A DNA stretch of 64,000 nucleotides from Zeaxanthinibacter sp. (GCA_041743425.1 JBGTMS010000041.1:2107-66106), one strand, 5' to 3'; positions 51,056 to 61,934 are shown, counted from the first letter of the stretch. A program made the numbers and translations. Notes: generated by a model from the sequence alone, not told the origin.

Positions 51056-52578
51056 TCTATAGTTGCCGGGGGTTTGGAACTTATATCGTATACCACCCTG
51101 TTCACCCCAGGTACTTTATTGATTATATCATTTGATGTCTTCTGTAAGAACTCATAGGGCAGGTTCACCCAGTCTGCCGTCATCCCATCGGTACTTTCGA
51201 CAGCCCTCAAAGCTACGCATTTTTCATAAGTGCGTTCATCTCCCATGACCCCGACACTTTGCACAGGCAGTAACATCGCCCCGGCCTGCCAGACCTTGTC
51301 GTATAGTTTCCATTCCCTAAGTCCATTAATAAAAATAGCATCCACTTCCTGCAGCATGGCCACCTTTTCAGCGGTAATGTCCCCGAGGATGCGGATGGCC
51401 AGGCCGGGTCCGGGAAATGGATGACGTCCCAGGCGTTCTTCATTCAATCCCATGCTGGCGCCAACGCGGCGCACTTCATCCTTGAAAAGCATTTTTAGAG
51501 GTTCTACCACCTTCAACTTCATAAAATCAGGCAGCCCGCCGACATTGTGATGGCTTTTTATCGTCTCGGAAGGACCGCCCGTAGCAGACACAGATTCGAT
51601 CACATCCGGGTAAATAGTGCCCTGAGCAAGCCATTTCACGTCTTCAATGAGGTGTGCTTCATCATCAAAGACTTCAATGAAGACCCTGCCGATGATTTTT
51701 CGCTTCTTTTCCGGATCCTGCTCTCCTGCCAGAGCCTCCAAAAAGCGTGCCGAAGCATCTACCCCCTTAACGTTCAATCCCATCCCTTTGTATTGGATAA
51801 GAACGTCATGAAACTCATTTTTGCGGAGCAAACCATTGTTTACGAAAATACAGTGCAGATTAGGGCCAATCGCCTTGTGCAAAAGTACGGCTGCGACGGT
51901 TGAGTCGACACCACCGGACAGACCAAGAACGACCTTGTCTGTACCTATTTTTTTCTTCAATCCGCTTACTGTGGTATCCACAAAAGCGTCGGGCGTCCAT
52001 GTTTGGGCAACCCCTGCGATGGAAACCAGAAAATTTTTCAAAAGTTGTTTACCCTCAGTGGTATGATACACTTCCGGGTGAAATTGAATACCATAGGTGG
52101 GCTCTTTTATGAATTTAAAAGCCGCATTCACCACATCATGGGTACTTGCAAGAAGTTCTGTCCCTTCCGGCAGCTCCTGAATGGTATCCGCATGACTCAT
52201 CCATACCTGGGTACCCACAGGAATCTGCATAAAAAATGCATCACCCTGGCGTATTGAGGACAAATGCGCCCGGCCGTACTCCCTACTGTTGGATGCGGCA
52301 ACCAGTCCGCCATTAAAATGTGCCAAATACTGTGCGCCGTAACAAATCCCCAGTAAAGGGATCTTGCCTCTGATGGAAGAGAGATCGGGATGTGCAGCGT
52401 TTGTTGCCCTGACAGAAAGTGGCGAACCAGAAAGGATAACAGCTTTGTAAATGGATAGGTCCTTCGGTGCCTTATGGTACGGGTGGATTTCACAATAGAT
52501 ATTCAGCTCCCGTACCCTTCTTGCAATCAGTTGTGTATACTGGGATCCAAAGTCTAGAATAAGGACGTGGTTTTGCAT
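51046..52578 (-). CDS. guaA: Glutamine-hydrolysing GMP synthase
   Basis: GATase domain ([26 protein letters not shown]), PP-loop [16 protein letters not shown] and the C-terminal dimerisation domain ending PPATIEWE. I chose the start at [11 protein letters not shown]. Confidence 0.95.
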   Translation of the reverse strand: MQNHVLILDFGSQYTQLIARRVRELNIYCEIHPYHKAPKDLSIYKAVILSGSPLSVRATNAAHPDLSSIRGKIPLLGICYGAQYLAHFNGGLVAASNSREYGRAHLSSIRQGDAFFMQIPVGTQVWMSHADTIQELPEGTELLASTHDVVNAAFKFIKEPTYGIQFHPEVYHTTEGKQLLKNFLVSIAGVAQTWTPDAFVDTTVSGLKKKIGTDKVVLGLSGGVDSTVAAVLLHKAIGPNLHCIFVNNGLLRKNEFHDVLIQYKGMGLNVKGVDASARFLEALAGEQDPEKKRKIIGRVFIEVFDDEAHLIEDVKWLAQGTIYPDVIESVSATGGPSETIKSHHNVGGLPDFMKLKVVEPLKMLFKDEVRRVGASMGLNEERLGRHPFPGPGLAIRILGDITAEKVAMLQEVDAIFINGLREWKLYDKVWQAGAMLLPVQSVGVMGDERTYEKCVALRAVESTDGMTADWVNLPYEFLQKTSNDIINKVPGVNRVVYDISSKPPATIEWE

Positions 52579-52655
52579 CCGCAAAAATAGCAAAATGAAA
52601 GAGCGAAAGAGTTACTTTTAAGGATAATTATACCCGTACTTCAAAAAGTTATCAA

Positions 52656-54686
52656 ATGAAAAACTGCACTTTTATTCTCCTATGCCTCCTTCCCTGCTTT
52701 CTTATGGCACAATCAGATGGTTGGATTATCAGTTCCGGAAAAACCGATTCATATACAGGAATTGTCTCGGCCAACGGAAGAATAGGTATTCTGCCTGAGG
52801 ATGTACCTTTTAAGACAAGGTCTGTTATCCTCAATAATGTATACGATAAAGAGTCTCCTCTAGGGGTTAGCAAAATCCTGCTCGGGATGAATTTTGCCAA
52901 TCTTGAAATGCGTGTTGACGGAGAGCTGATCAGTGCCGAAAATATCAGCAATTTCAGGCAGGAAATGGACCTCAAAAAGGCCGCTTTCACTACAAGTTTT
53001 ACGTTTGGCGACAAAGCGAATATAAGTTATACTATATATACACTTAGAAACGTTCAATACACTGGTTATGTAGATGTTAATGTAAGTCCTACAAAACCAA
53101 TATCTTTAAAAGTGACCGGTAAAATACACACCCCGGAAGAGTATTTGGAACCGGCCAGTACTTTTCGTGTACTCGAAGACTTAGAGACGACAATGCCCAT
53201 CCTGCAAACCGTGGCCAAAAGCAGATTGGGCAAACACGTGGTGGCTACCTCGGCCACCTTTATTTGGCATGCCATCAATTCAACCCGGAAAGATCAGAGA
53301 CCGGAGCTGCATCATGAAAAAGTGAGTGCGTATGAACAGGGCCTTTCATTTGATAAAAACTTAAGCCTCGGAGAGACTTTTGAATTTGCCTGGACCGGAG
53401 CCGAATGCACTACCCAGGATTTTAGTGACCCGCAAACAGAATCGGAGCGTTTTGTGATCTTTAATCTCTTAACTCCCCGGGATGATCTGTTAAAAGAACA
53501 TTTCCGTCTTTGGGAAAAGCTTTGGGAAGGGGATATCGTCATAGAAGGAAATTTGCAGGACCAACTTGATGTGCGTCTTGCACTCTACCATTTATATGCC
53601 TTTTCCCGGGGGGATTCGGACCTTAGTATTCCGCCTATGGGCTTGTCTTCCCAAAATTATAATGGCCATATTTTCTGGGATACAGAGTTATGGATGTTCC
53701 CTCCATTGTTGTTACTCAATCAGGACATTGCCCGGTCGCTTGTCAATTACCGTTCCGACCGACTCGAAAAAGCACGTCAAAAAGCCAGGAATTTTGGATA
53801 TCGCGGAGCCATGTTTCCCTGGGAGAGTGATGATACGGGGGAAGAAGCAACCCCTGCCTGGGCTCTGACTGGCACCTTTGAGCACCATATCACGGCCGAC
53901 GTGGCTATCGCCTTCTGGAATTACTACCGGGTGACCAAAAATAAGCAATGGCTGCAAGAACGAGGATTTCCGATGCTTAAGGAAGTCGCGGATTATTGGG
54001 TCAGCCGGACCGCATTAAATCCGGATGGTACCTATAGTATAAAGAATGTGGTCGGCGCTAACGAATTTGCCCCGAATGTGGACGACAATGCTTTTACAAA
54101 CGGATCGGCGATGACCGCGCTGGAGTTTGCCACGGAGGCCGCAAGGGAGGCGGGGGCCATCCCAGACGAAAGATGGTCAGAGGTAGCCAAAAAGATAAGG
54201 ATTCTGAAATTTCCTGATGGAACCACCAGAGAGCACAGCCGGTATGAAGGGGATCGGATCAAACAGGCCGATGTCAATCTCCTCTCCTACCCGCTCCATG
54301 TGATCACTGAGGAGGCGACCATCAGAAAGGATCTGAAATACTATGAACCAAAGCTGGCTGAAGAAGGGCCGGCCATGGGGCAGTCCGTCTTTGCTGTCAT
54401 CTATGCGCGACTGGGCGATGCCGATGAAGCGTACAGACTGTATAAAAGAAGTTACGAACCCAATAAAAGACCTCCTTTCGGAGCGCTAGCGGAAGCAGCC
54501 ACCAGTAACAACCCTTATTTCGCAACAGGCGCGGGCGGGATGCTGCAGGTTGTGCTTTTTGGTTTCGGAGGACTCGACATTACTGAACAGGGTGTGGTAC
54601 AAGCCAGGCCTATCCTTCCGAAAACATGGAAATCATTGACTTTAAAGGGTATAGGTAAGGATAAAAGAACCTATACTATAAAGTAA
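52656..54686 (+). CDS. Secreted glycoside hydrolase family 65 protein
   Basis: Signal peptide. The (alpha/alpha)6 catalytic-domain motifs are NGHIFWDTELWMFPPLL, GAMFPWESDDTGEE and FTNGSA. Being secreted suggests a hydrolase (trehalase or kojibiose-hydrolase-like) rather than a cytoplasmic phosphorylase. Confidence 0.8.
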   Translation: MKNCTFILLCLLPCFLMAQSDGWIISSGKTDSYTGIVSANGRIGILPEDVPFKTRSVILNNVYDKESPLGVSKILLGMNFANLEMRVDGELISAENISNFRQEMDLKKAAFTTSFTFGDKANISYTIYTLRNVQYTGYVDVNVSPTKPISLKVTGKIHTPEEYLEPASTFRVLEDLETTMPILQTVAKSRLGKHVVATSATFIWHAINSTRKDQRPELHHEKVSAYEQGLSFDKNLSLGETFEFAWTGAECTTQDFSDPQTESERFVIFNLLTPRDDLLKEHFRLWEKLWEGDIVIEGNLQDQLDVRLALYHLYAFSRGDSDLSIPPMGLSSQNYNGHIFWDTELWMFPPLLLLNQDIARSLVNYRSDRLEKARQKARNFGYRGAMFPWESDDTGEEATPAWALTGTFEHHITADVAIAFWNYYRVTKNKQWLQERGFPMLKEVADYWVSRTALNPDGTYSIKNVVGANEFAPNVDDNAFTNGSAMTALEFATEAAREAGAIPDERWSEVAKKIRILKFPDGTTREHSRYEGDRIKQADVNLLSYPLHVITEEATIRKDLKYYEPKLAEEGPAMGQSVFAVIYARLGDADEAYRLYKRSYEPNKRPPFGALAEAATSNNPYFATGAGGMLQVVLFGFGGLDITEQGVVQARPILPKTWKSLTLKGIGKDKRTYTIK

Positions 54687-55085
54687 TTTCTCCATGTAAA
54701 GTTCAGGGTAATGAACCCGGAAAATCAGAAGATCAGCCTGAAGGGAGTGCGTCTTTTAGACACCCGTTGTATGTGTCTAGAATGAATTCTTGATTCAGGG
54801 AATGTTCAATTCAGCCTGATTTCAATAGGTTGACCTAAAGCTATTTTCCAGGTAAATAAACTTGAACAGATTGCCTTTGTATAATTAGTACTGTACTGGA
54901 AGAAAAAGAATGAAGTTTCCGGGTCGCCTGAAGTCGCCGTGCTACTGTACGAGTAGGGTTCCTTCCTATTTTCCTGTCGGGGTTGGGATAACAGAAATTA
55001 AGCGAACGCTTCAATCGTCTGCAACAATGGCCAAAGTGAGGTGTACAGGAAATGTTTCTTTTTAATATTTTTACAGGACATAAGA

Positions 55086-55826
55086 ATGGATTCGCACATG
55101 AAATACCTCACAGCAGTCATATTTGCCCTGGCCATCATTATCGCGGCTTTTTTTTTAGGCAATGCCTATGTAAAAAGAGCACAACCCGCGTATACCATAT
55201 CCGTCACAGGTAATGGGAGTGAAAACTTTACGTCGGATCTTATCGTCTGGGAAGGGAGTTTTACGACCTCCAATTTTGAGTTGAAACTGGCATTCGAACA
55301 ATTGAACCGCGACAAGGAAATGGTTCGTGACTACCTAGTTTCTAAGGGGATCAAGGTGGCTGATATTATTTTTAGTTCAGTACAGACTCTTGAACAACAG
55401 GATAATATCTATGAAAATGGAAATTTTGTTGGCACTACATTTAAAGGTTACCAGCTCCTGCAGTCACTCCAGATAGAATCTACTGATGTCCCGATGATTG
55501 AGCAACTTTCGCGGGAAATTACAGAATTACTGAACAAAGGGGTGCAGTTAAATTCCTCCCCGCCACGATACTATTACACCGGCCTGGCCGATCTCAAGAT
55601 AGAAATGATATCGAAGGCCACAGAGGATGCCAGAATGCGGGCAGAAAAGATTGCATCCAATGCCGGAGGTGATCTGGGAGGACTCATCTCTGCACAAATG
55701 GGGGTTTTTCAGATAACAGGGCAGAATTCCGGGGAAAGCTTTAGCTGGGACGGGGTATATAATACCGCCTCAAAGAATAAGACCGCCTCTATTACCATGC
55801 GCCTGGAGTATGAAGTGGAACAATAA
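55086..55826 (+). CDS. SIMPL (DUF541)-like periplasmic/membrane-anchored protein
   Basis: N-terminal anchor (MKYLTAVIFALAIIIAAFFL), then ISVTGNGSENF...IESTD...AEKIASNAGGDLGGLIS. The overall pattern resembles SIMPL-domain proteins. The start is ambiguous between 55086 and 55098. Confidence 0.6.
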   Translation: MDSHMKYLTAVIFALAIIIAAFFLGNAYVKRAQPAYTISVTGNGSENFTSDLIVWEGSFTTSNFELKLAFEQLNRDKEMVRDYLVSKGIKVADIIFSSVQTLEQQDNIYENGNFVGTTFKGYQLLQSLQIESTDVPMIEQLSREITELLNKGVQLNSSPPRYYYTGLADLKIEMISKATEDARMRAEKIASNAGGDLGGLISAQMGVFQITGQNSGESFSWDGVYNTASKNKTASITMRLEYEVEQ

Positions 55827-55854
55827 ATCTATTGGATGGGTCAGTGAAACTATT

Positions 55855-55890
55855 TGAAAAAAAAAGACCCTGACATGGACGACAGGGCCT
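55855..55890 (-). terminator. Hairpin plus long T-run, best oriented as a minus-strand intrinsic terminator (possibly bidirectional)
   Basis: The minus strand reads GGCCCTG-tcgtccatgt-CAGGGTC followed by T9-10. On the plus strand the same hairpin follows the SIMPL gene stop by about 40 nt but has a poor U-tract. Confidence 0.35.
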
Positions 55891-55930
55891 TTCAAATCAA
55901 AAACCAACCTAAACACATGAACTTATTAGT

Positions 55931-55950
55931 AATGAATAATCTTATTCATT
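55931..55950. promoter_or_regulatory. Perfect 9-bp inverted repeat AATGAATAA-tc-TTATTCATT (operator-like)
   Basis: Read directly from the sequence. It lies about 80 nt upstream of the ATG at 56031 in an AT-rich intergenic region. Confidence 0.3.
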
Positions 55951-56030
55951 GCATTCTTTGTATATAGAACAACCAGGTCCTTAAAAACCCTACCCAAAAA
56001 CTGATATTTTTTATAATTTTAATTAAAAAC

Positions 56031-56582
56031 ATGGAAAACCTCCGTAAATATTGGGATGAGCTTAGGCAGGAATTACTGAGTGGAAGTAATGAAAACACAC
56101 ACCCCTTCCATTATTTTACTCTCGGGACCGTTGGAATGGACGCCACTGCCCGGCTCAGAACGGTGGTGCTGCGCAAGGTCACAGAGGATCTGAAAATCTT
56201 ATTTTTTACGGATGAACGATCTAAAAAGATCAGACATCTGAAAGAAAATAACAAAGCTTCCCTCCTTTTCTACCATCCTGAATTACGCATACAGTTACGA
56301 ATTGAAGGAAAGGCCTCTGTGATGAGAGATGAAGAAACCACTGCTCCCTATCGCAATACCCTGGACAAGAATGCCCTGAACGAGTATAACGCACGTCCCG
56401 GCCCTGGAACCATCATCCCGGTGGAAGGGGCATTTGAACAGGAGGCAAACTCTAACTACTTTTGTGTTGTGGAAATCAACCCTGTAAAGATTGAATACCT
56501 CAGGCTGGACTCACCAAAACACCTTCGGATACAATTCTCAAGGGGTGAGAAGGGCTGGCAGGCACATATTCTTGTTCCCTAG
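56031..56582 (+). CDS. Pyridoxamine 5'-phosphate oxidase-family FMN-binding protein
   Basis: 183 aa with split-barrel pattern: FTLGTVGMDATARLRTVVLRKV, LFFTDERSKKIRHL, LLFYHPELRIQLRIEGKA. Confidence 0.8.
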   Translation: MENLRKYWDELRQELLSGSNENTHPFHYFTLGTVGMDATARLRTVVLRKVTEDLKILFFTDERSKKIRHLKENNKASLLFYHPELRIQLRIEGKASVMRDEETTAPYRNTLDKNALNEYNARPGPGTIIPVEGAFEQEANSNYFCVVEINPVKIEYLRLDSPKHLRIQFSRGEKGWQAHILVP

Positions 56583-58189
56583 TATTCCAGTACCAGAAAT
56601 TCGGTACCCAGTGGCGGCATCGCAGTGATAAGCTTAGGAATAAGTTCGGTACCCAGCTCAAGGTACATTTCTGAAAAGTTAAGCTGTCTCTCCTGAAGTG
56701 ATTTGTCAGGAAAGAGTGCATTCTGAAGGGAGGCGATACGAACCACCTGATCCTTTAATTTTCGGCGCTGGGCTTTCAGCAGCCTCTTTTCGAGTTTATC
56801 CAACCCATTTTTCTGCCTTACTTCCTGCGCTCTGACGGCGCCGAGAAAAGAAGCATCTGTAAGGGAAGCCAGGTCATAGAGATCCTGAAACTGTTTATCC
56901 AGCATCTCTTTCTGGGGCGTAAAATCGATCTCAATGTTGGAGATTTCCCGAATCTTTTTATTGATCAGACTGCTTTGAGGTAAGAACAGATCGGCTTCAG
57001 AAATATTCAATTGAGCCATTTTCCGTTTCTGTTTTCCGGAGAGCAGCAAGGCCGAATTCCGCAGCACCAGGATCGGAAAACAGATCCCCATCGCGTTAAA
57101 GACAGATTTCATTTCCAACCAATAGGCAATCTCACCTCCGCCACCTACATAAGCCAGGTTGGGCAGGATTACTTCCTGGTAGACCGGGCGTGACATTACA
57201 TTGGGGCTGAATCTTTCAGGATGCGCTTCCAGCTCTTCGAGCAAAGCTTCCTTGGAAAATTCCTTTTCTGTATTTAGTACAAAGTAGATGCCCTCACTTT
57301 CCACAATGCGTTCCCTGGAGTCTTCAGAGAGATAAAAATAACTGATCTCCCTTGGTTGCACCTGAATTTTATAATTTCCCGGAAGCTGCTGTAATGTCTC
57401 TGCCGTCTTCCCCGCCTCCAGGTGGGTCAGCTGATCAAAGATGTCTTTTTTCATGTATGGCAGCATCAACCGTTTGAGGTCTTTGTCGTCACCGTCCAGG
57501 ATGACCAACCCATAGCCCCCGAACATTTCATTTACAAGGTATCGGGTAGCCGATGCGAAGTTGTCATGTTGTAAATAGGCATTCGAGAACATGTTTTTCA
57601 GTACCTCGGCGTTCTCGCCTTTCCCCAACTCCATTTCGAGGAGGTGGAACATATTGCCCAGCCCCTTGGTATCCATTTTCCCGACCGCTCCGCCAGGATT
57701 ACGTGTCCACTGTAGTTTTTTTCCTCTGAAGTAAAAATGGTTGATCTCCTCCAGATCATGATCTTCGGTCGCCATCCAGAAAACAGGTATAAATTGTTGT
57801 TCAGGGTAAGCCTTTCCAAGCTCGGTACACAGGTTGATAGTTGTAACAATTTTGTAGAGGAAATAGAGAGGTCCGGTAAAGATGTTGAGCTGATGGCCGG
57901 TAACCACAGTATATGACTCATCATTCTTCAATAATTCAATGTGCTCCCTGGTCTTTCCGCTGACTGCTACCCCTGCATTCTGTGACAATAGTACCTTGTG
58001 CAGCACCTTCCGATGTTCTTGGGAGAAATTGCCTCGCTTTTCATCCATCTGTCCTTTAAATTCCTCAAGAGTGGGAAAGCGGTTGTAAAAGGGCCGAAGA
58101 TGCTTGCTTTTAACCAGATAATCGCAAATGAGATCCGAAAAATAGCCAGTACTTCGGAAAGGAATTTGAACAACGTCCATGAAAAGCAT
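56579..58189 (-). CDS. bshC: Bacillithiol biosynthesis cysteine-adding enzyme
   Basis: 536 aa. The N-terminus IPFRSTGYFSDLICDYL, the overall length and the coiled C-terminal region match BshC (YllA family). Confidence 0.85.
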   Translation of the reverse strand: MLFMDVVQIPFRSTGYFSDLICDYLVKSKHLRPFYNRFPTLEEFKGQMDEKRGNFSQEHRKVLHKVLLSQNAGVAVSGKTREHIELLKNDESYTVVTGHQLNIFTGPLYFLYKIVTTINLCTELGKAYPEQQFIPVFWMATEDHDLEEINHFYFRGKKLQWTRNPGGAVGKMDTKGLGNMFHLLEMELGKGENAEVLKNMFSNAYLQHDNFASATRYLVNEMFGGYGLVILDGDDKDLKRLMLPYMKKDIFDQLTHLEAGKTAETLQQLPGNYKIQVQPREISYFYLSEDSRERIVESEGIYFVLNTEKEFSKEALLEELEAHPERFSPNVMSRPVYQEVILPNLAYVGGGGEIAYWLEMKSVFNAMGICFPILVLRNSALLLSGKQKRKMAQLNISEADLFLPQSSLINKKIREISNIEIDFTPQKEMLDKQFQDLYDLASLTDASFLGAVRAQEVRQKNGLDKLEKRLLKAQRRKLKDQVVRIASLQNALFPDKSLQERQLNFSEMYLELGTELIPKLITAMPPLGTEFLVLEY

Positions 58190-58383
58190 TAAGTCCGTTC
58201 AAAGATAAAATTCTACTTTTTTTCAATTCCCAAAAATTCGTTAAGATAAAGGTTGTCCTCGGCTGCGTCTATAATTCCGGAAAGGACCCGGGTATTTATT
58301 CATTTGATCGAAATCTCCAGTCCTTTGAACGGCATTACCCTGTATGGACAAAGAATCAGTTCCCGGAATTGAATTACATTCCT

Positions 58384-58391
58384 TAGCTTTG
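58384..58391 (+). promoter_or_regulatory. -7 promoter box (TAGCTTTG) upstream of the M14 carboxypeptidase gene
   Basis: Exact TAnnTTTG match ending 26 nt before the ATG at 58417. Confidence 0.35.
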
Positions 58392-58416
58392 ATTTTTTCA
58401 ATTGAAATGACATTTT

Positions 58417-60870
58417 ATGAAGCTATTACTAAGGTATATCGCGCTTGCCATCAGCATTACCAGCACGGCTCAGGAATTGAAATCTCCTTCCGCTTTTCTC
58501 GGTTACGAACTGGGAACCCGTTTCACACGGCACCATGAGGTGGTGGACTATTTTAATTATATATCTGAAGCAGCCGCAGACAGGGTACAGTTTCATGAAT
58601 ATGGCAGGACCAATGAGCATCGACCGTTGGTGGTGGCCTATGTGAGCACCGCGGAAAATATGGCCCGTCTGGAAGATATTCGCACAGCACACCTGAACAG
58701 CACCCGTGGAGGCCCTTCCGGCACCAAGGCGATCGTCTGGCTCGGGTACAATGTACATGGCAATGAAAGTGTCAGCACGGAGGCTTCCATGCAAACGATC
58801 TATGAGTTACTTACGTCAAAACAAGCGTATCTGGAAAACACGGTAGTGATCATTGATCCTTGTATCAATCCGGACGGAAGGGACCGCTATGTGAACTGGT
58901 ACAACCAGTACAAGAACACCCCCGGCAATGTGGATCCCAACAGCAAAGAACACCATGAAGGCTGGTGGAATGGAAGGAGCAACCACTACATGTTCGATTT
59001 GAATCGGGACTGGGCCTGGCTTACCCAGACAGAAAGCCGTCAGCGCCTGAAGGAATTTAATAAATGGCTTCCCCATATCCATGTCGATTTCCATGAGCAG
59101 GGGGTAAACAATCCCTACTACTTTGCGCCTGCAGCCGAACCTTTTCATGAAGTTATTACAGATTTTCAACGCGATTTTCAGGTACTTATAGGTAAGAACC
59201 ATGCCAGATATTTTGATGCCAACGGTTGGTTTTATTTCACCAAGGAGGTGTTTGACCTCTTCTATCCCAGTTACGGTGACACCTACCCTACTTATAACGG
59301 AGCCATAGGGATGACTTATGAGCAGGGGGGAGGCGGAGACGCAGGGCTGGGCATCCTGATGTCGGGCGGGGATACCCTTACGTTAAAGGATCGTATTGCA
59401 CATCATCTTACAACCGGGCTTTCTACGGTAGAAGTTGCCGCAGCCAATGTTGATAAACTAAATACTGAGTTTATCAAATTCTATTCTGATCGGGACTTCA
59501 ATTATAAAAGTTTTGTCATGAGCGGTAACAGGGATCACCTGGACGCGCTCGCCCGGCTGCTGGATCAGCATGAAATCAGCTATTCTTCCGTCCGTCCAGG
59601 TACTCAAAAGGGATTCGATTATAAGAGTGGTAAAACCGGGAGCCAGAAGACCGGCAATCAAGGCATGATCGTATCTACCGACCAGCCAAGGGGTACTCTG
59701 GTCAAAGTACTTTTTGAACCTAATGCCCGCTTGAGTGATTCGCTGACCTATGATATTACAGCATGGTCCCTTCCTTATGCCTATGGTCTGGAGGCCATCG
59801 CATCGGAAACTGTAGTGAATGGAGAGACGTATGAAAAAGCCGAAGTCCGGAAGATCGTCCCGGAGGATAAGGCCTATGCCTATCTCACCGATTGGAACAG
59901 CATGGATGACGCGCGATTCCTGGCGGAACTTCTAAAGCATGAGGTGCGTGTGCGCTGTGCCCAACGCCCGTTCAGAATGGACGGAAAATTGTACGACCGG
60001 GGTTCCCTGATTATCACCAGAGCAGATAACAAGCACCTCTCCAATTTTAAAGGCATTCTGGCAAAAGCTGCCTCAGCTCACAGGCAAGATCTTCAGGCAA
60101 CCTCAACCGGCTTCGTGGAGGGTGGGAAGGATTTTGGTTCCGGATATGTGGAACTGGTGCCCAATGTTACTGTCGGTGTACTTGCAGGAGGGCCAACCTC
60201 TACCCTTCGTTTCGGCGAGATATGGCATTTTTTTGAACAGCAACTGCACTATCCTGTCAGTATTCTTGATGCGGAATACCTGGAAGAACTGGACCTCTCT
60301 AAATATCAGGTGCTCGTGCTTCCGGATGGCACGGATTATTCAACATACATGACAGAAGGATTAAGAGGTAAACTAAAAGGTTGGGTCAGCCAGGGCGGCC
60401 GTCTGATCGCCATGGGGGGTGCAATCAAAAGTATCGGGGGCGAGGACGGTTTCGGGATCAAACTCAGGGAAAGTAGCAAGGACACAACAGTCACCGAAGT
60501 AAAATCATACGAGCTGACACAGCGGGAACAGATTTCGAATGAGATCACTGGGGCTATTTTCAAAACAAGAGTAGATCCTACTCATCCTCTGGCATACGGT
60601 TACGGGGAGGCGTATTACAGCCTGAAACTCGGGGGCGACAATTTCGACTATCTTTCAGAGGGGACCGTGGCCTATCTGGAGGACACACCACGTCCGGTGG
60701 CCGGATTTGCAGGTAACGGCGCTTTGAAAAAATTGGGCAGGACCCTGGTCTTCGGAGCAGAAAGCCATGGTGAAGGTCAGGTGGTCTACCTGGCAGATAA
60801 TCCTTTGTTCCGTGGGTTCTGGGAGAATGGTAAACTATTTTTTGCAAATGCCCTGTTCCTGGTCCATTGA
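58417..60870 (+). CDS. M14-family zinc carboxypeptidase, secreted, with a large C-terminal extension
   Basis: Signal peptide. Zn-binding and catalytic contexts are VHGNESVSTEA, INPDGRDRY and DFHEQG. About 450 aa of additional domains follow. Confidence 0.9.
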   Translation: MKLLLRYIALAISITSTAQELKSPSAFLGYELGTRFTRHHEVVDYFNYISEAAADRVQFHEYGRTNEHRPLVVAYVSTAENMARLEDIRTAHLNSTRGGPSGTKAIVWLGYNVHGNESVSTEASMQTIYELLTSKQAYLENTVVIIDPCINPDGRDRYVNWYNQYKNTPGNVDPNSKEHHEGWWNGRSNHYMFDLNRDWAWLTQTESRQRLKEFNKWLPHIHVDFHEQGVNNPYYFAPAAEPFHEVITDFQRDFQVLIGKNHARYFDANGWFYFTKEVFDLFYPSYGDTYPTYNGAIGMTYEQGGGGDAGLGILMSGGDTLTLKDRIAHHLTTGLSTVEVAAANVDKLNTEFIKFYSDRDFNYKSFVMSGNRDHLDALARLLDQHEISYSSVRPGTQKGFDYKSGKTGSQKTGNQGMIVSTDQPRGTLVKVLFEPNARLSDSLTYDITAWSLPYAYGLEAIASETVVNGETYEKAEVRKIVPEDKAYAYLTDWNSMDDARFLAELLKHEVRVRCAQRPFRMDGKLYDRGSLIITRADNKHLSNFKGILAKAASAHRQDLQATSTGFVEGGKDFGSGYVELVPNVTVGVLAGGPTSTLRFGEIWHFFEQQLHYPVSILDAEYLEELDLSKYQVLVLPDGTDYSTYMTEGLRGKLKGWVSQGGRLIAMGGAIKSIGGEDGFGIKLRESSKDTTVTEVKSYELTQREQISNEITGAIFKTRVDPTHPLAYGYGEAYYSLKLGGDNFDYLSEGTVAYLEDTPRPVAGFAGNGALKKLGRTLVFGAESHGEGQVVYLADNPLFRGFWENGKLFFANALFLVH

Positions 60871-60890
60871 AGTCCTGGAAGATATGAAGC

Positions 60891-61934
60891 TCAATAGAGC
60901 ATAAAGGAGGCAAATACGATCCCGAAAAAAGCTATGGGGAGAATGATGAGCATATAGACAAATCCGATGACATTGGCTTTCACTATGGCCCCCAGCCAGC
61001 TGCTGCGATAGAAATTGCGCAGGGCGAGAATCAGGTACAGCATGAATGACAAGAAGATAATGAATTGCAGCCATCCGGGAACAGAGAACATATAATTGGC
61101 AATGATCATCGCGCAAAAAGTGGTAAACATAAAAGTGAAAAAATAAAAGCTGAACACCATATGATATGCAAAATTCCCCCTCCTCCAGTAGAAAATCTTT
61201 AATAGAATGGCGAATAATGGCATCAGCAGGAACATCGCAATAGGAATGGTATCGTAAAAACTCTTCAGTAAACCACCCCCGCGCAATTCATAGAGTTTGA
61301 GCAGCTGGGTATAAAAACGTCTGGTCATGGCTCCCGCATCCTCTTTCAGCCCCATGGCTTTTAATTTATCAGGCAGTGATGCCCCTGCGACTATGAGGGA
61401 ATCCACCGAATCCCTGGTATCACTGAGAATATCAGGAATTTTATTGTTGGAGCCCATCAGGGAATCTATTTCCTTCAAATCCTTATCGGACATCCTGGTC
61501 ACTTTCTGGTTGTCCTTTAATGCCTTTCTGGCCCTATCGATACCTGCAGAATCCGGAGCAAGGTTGAGCGTATCGCGATGAACGCGCTGGTCAAAATTTT
61601 TCCTGAGTGCCTGGCTTACCGAACTGTCCGCTTCCCTAACACTAAATGAAAATAGAAAGAAAAATACCACAGAAATAAAAAGATAGAATTGGGCGGGATG
61701 AAGATAAGAAAGGCGCTTTCCGTCTACAAAACGTCTTGCAAGAACCCCAGGTTTAAACATGAGCGGGATAAAGCTTCTGAAAAAGCGGGCATCCACAGAA
61801 AAGTAATTGCTGATGGTATTGCTAAAGAGCACCCCAAAGGTCAGGTCGGCCACCGCCTGCCCGCAAACCGGACAGAAAGCATATGAGGGTTCTATGGTTG
61901 ACCCACAGTTTTTACAGGCATTGGTTGGTGCCAT
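60891..61934 (-). CDS. DUF3667-like protein: N-terminal zinc ribbon plus multi-pass membrane domain
   Basis: I chose the start at MAPTNACKNCGSTIEPSYAFCPVCG (CxxC...CxxC), which is followed by several TM helices. The track start at 62045 adds 37 aa of doubtful sequence. Confidence 0.65.
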   Translation of the reverse strand: MAPTNACKNCGSTIEPSYAFCPVCGQAVADLTFGVLFSNTISNYFSVDARFFRSFIPLMFKPGVLARRFVDGKRLSYLHPAQFYLFISVVFFFLFSFSVREADSSVSQALRKNFDQRVHRDTLNLAPDSAGIDRARKALKDNQKVTRMSDKDLKEIDSLMGSNNKIPDILSDTRDSVDSLIVAGASLPDKLKAMGLKEDAGAMTRRFYTQLLKLYELRGGGLLKSFYDTIPIAMFLLMPLFAILLKIFYWRRGNFAYHMVFSFYFFTFMFTTFCAMIIANYMFSVPGWLQFIIFLSFMLYLILALRNFYRSSWLGAIVKANVIGFVYMLIILPIAFFGIVFASFMLY

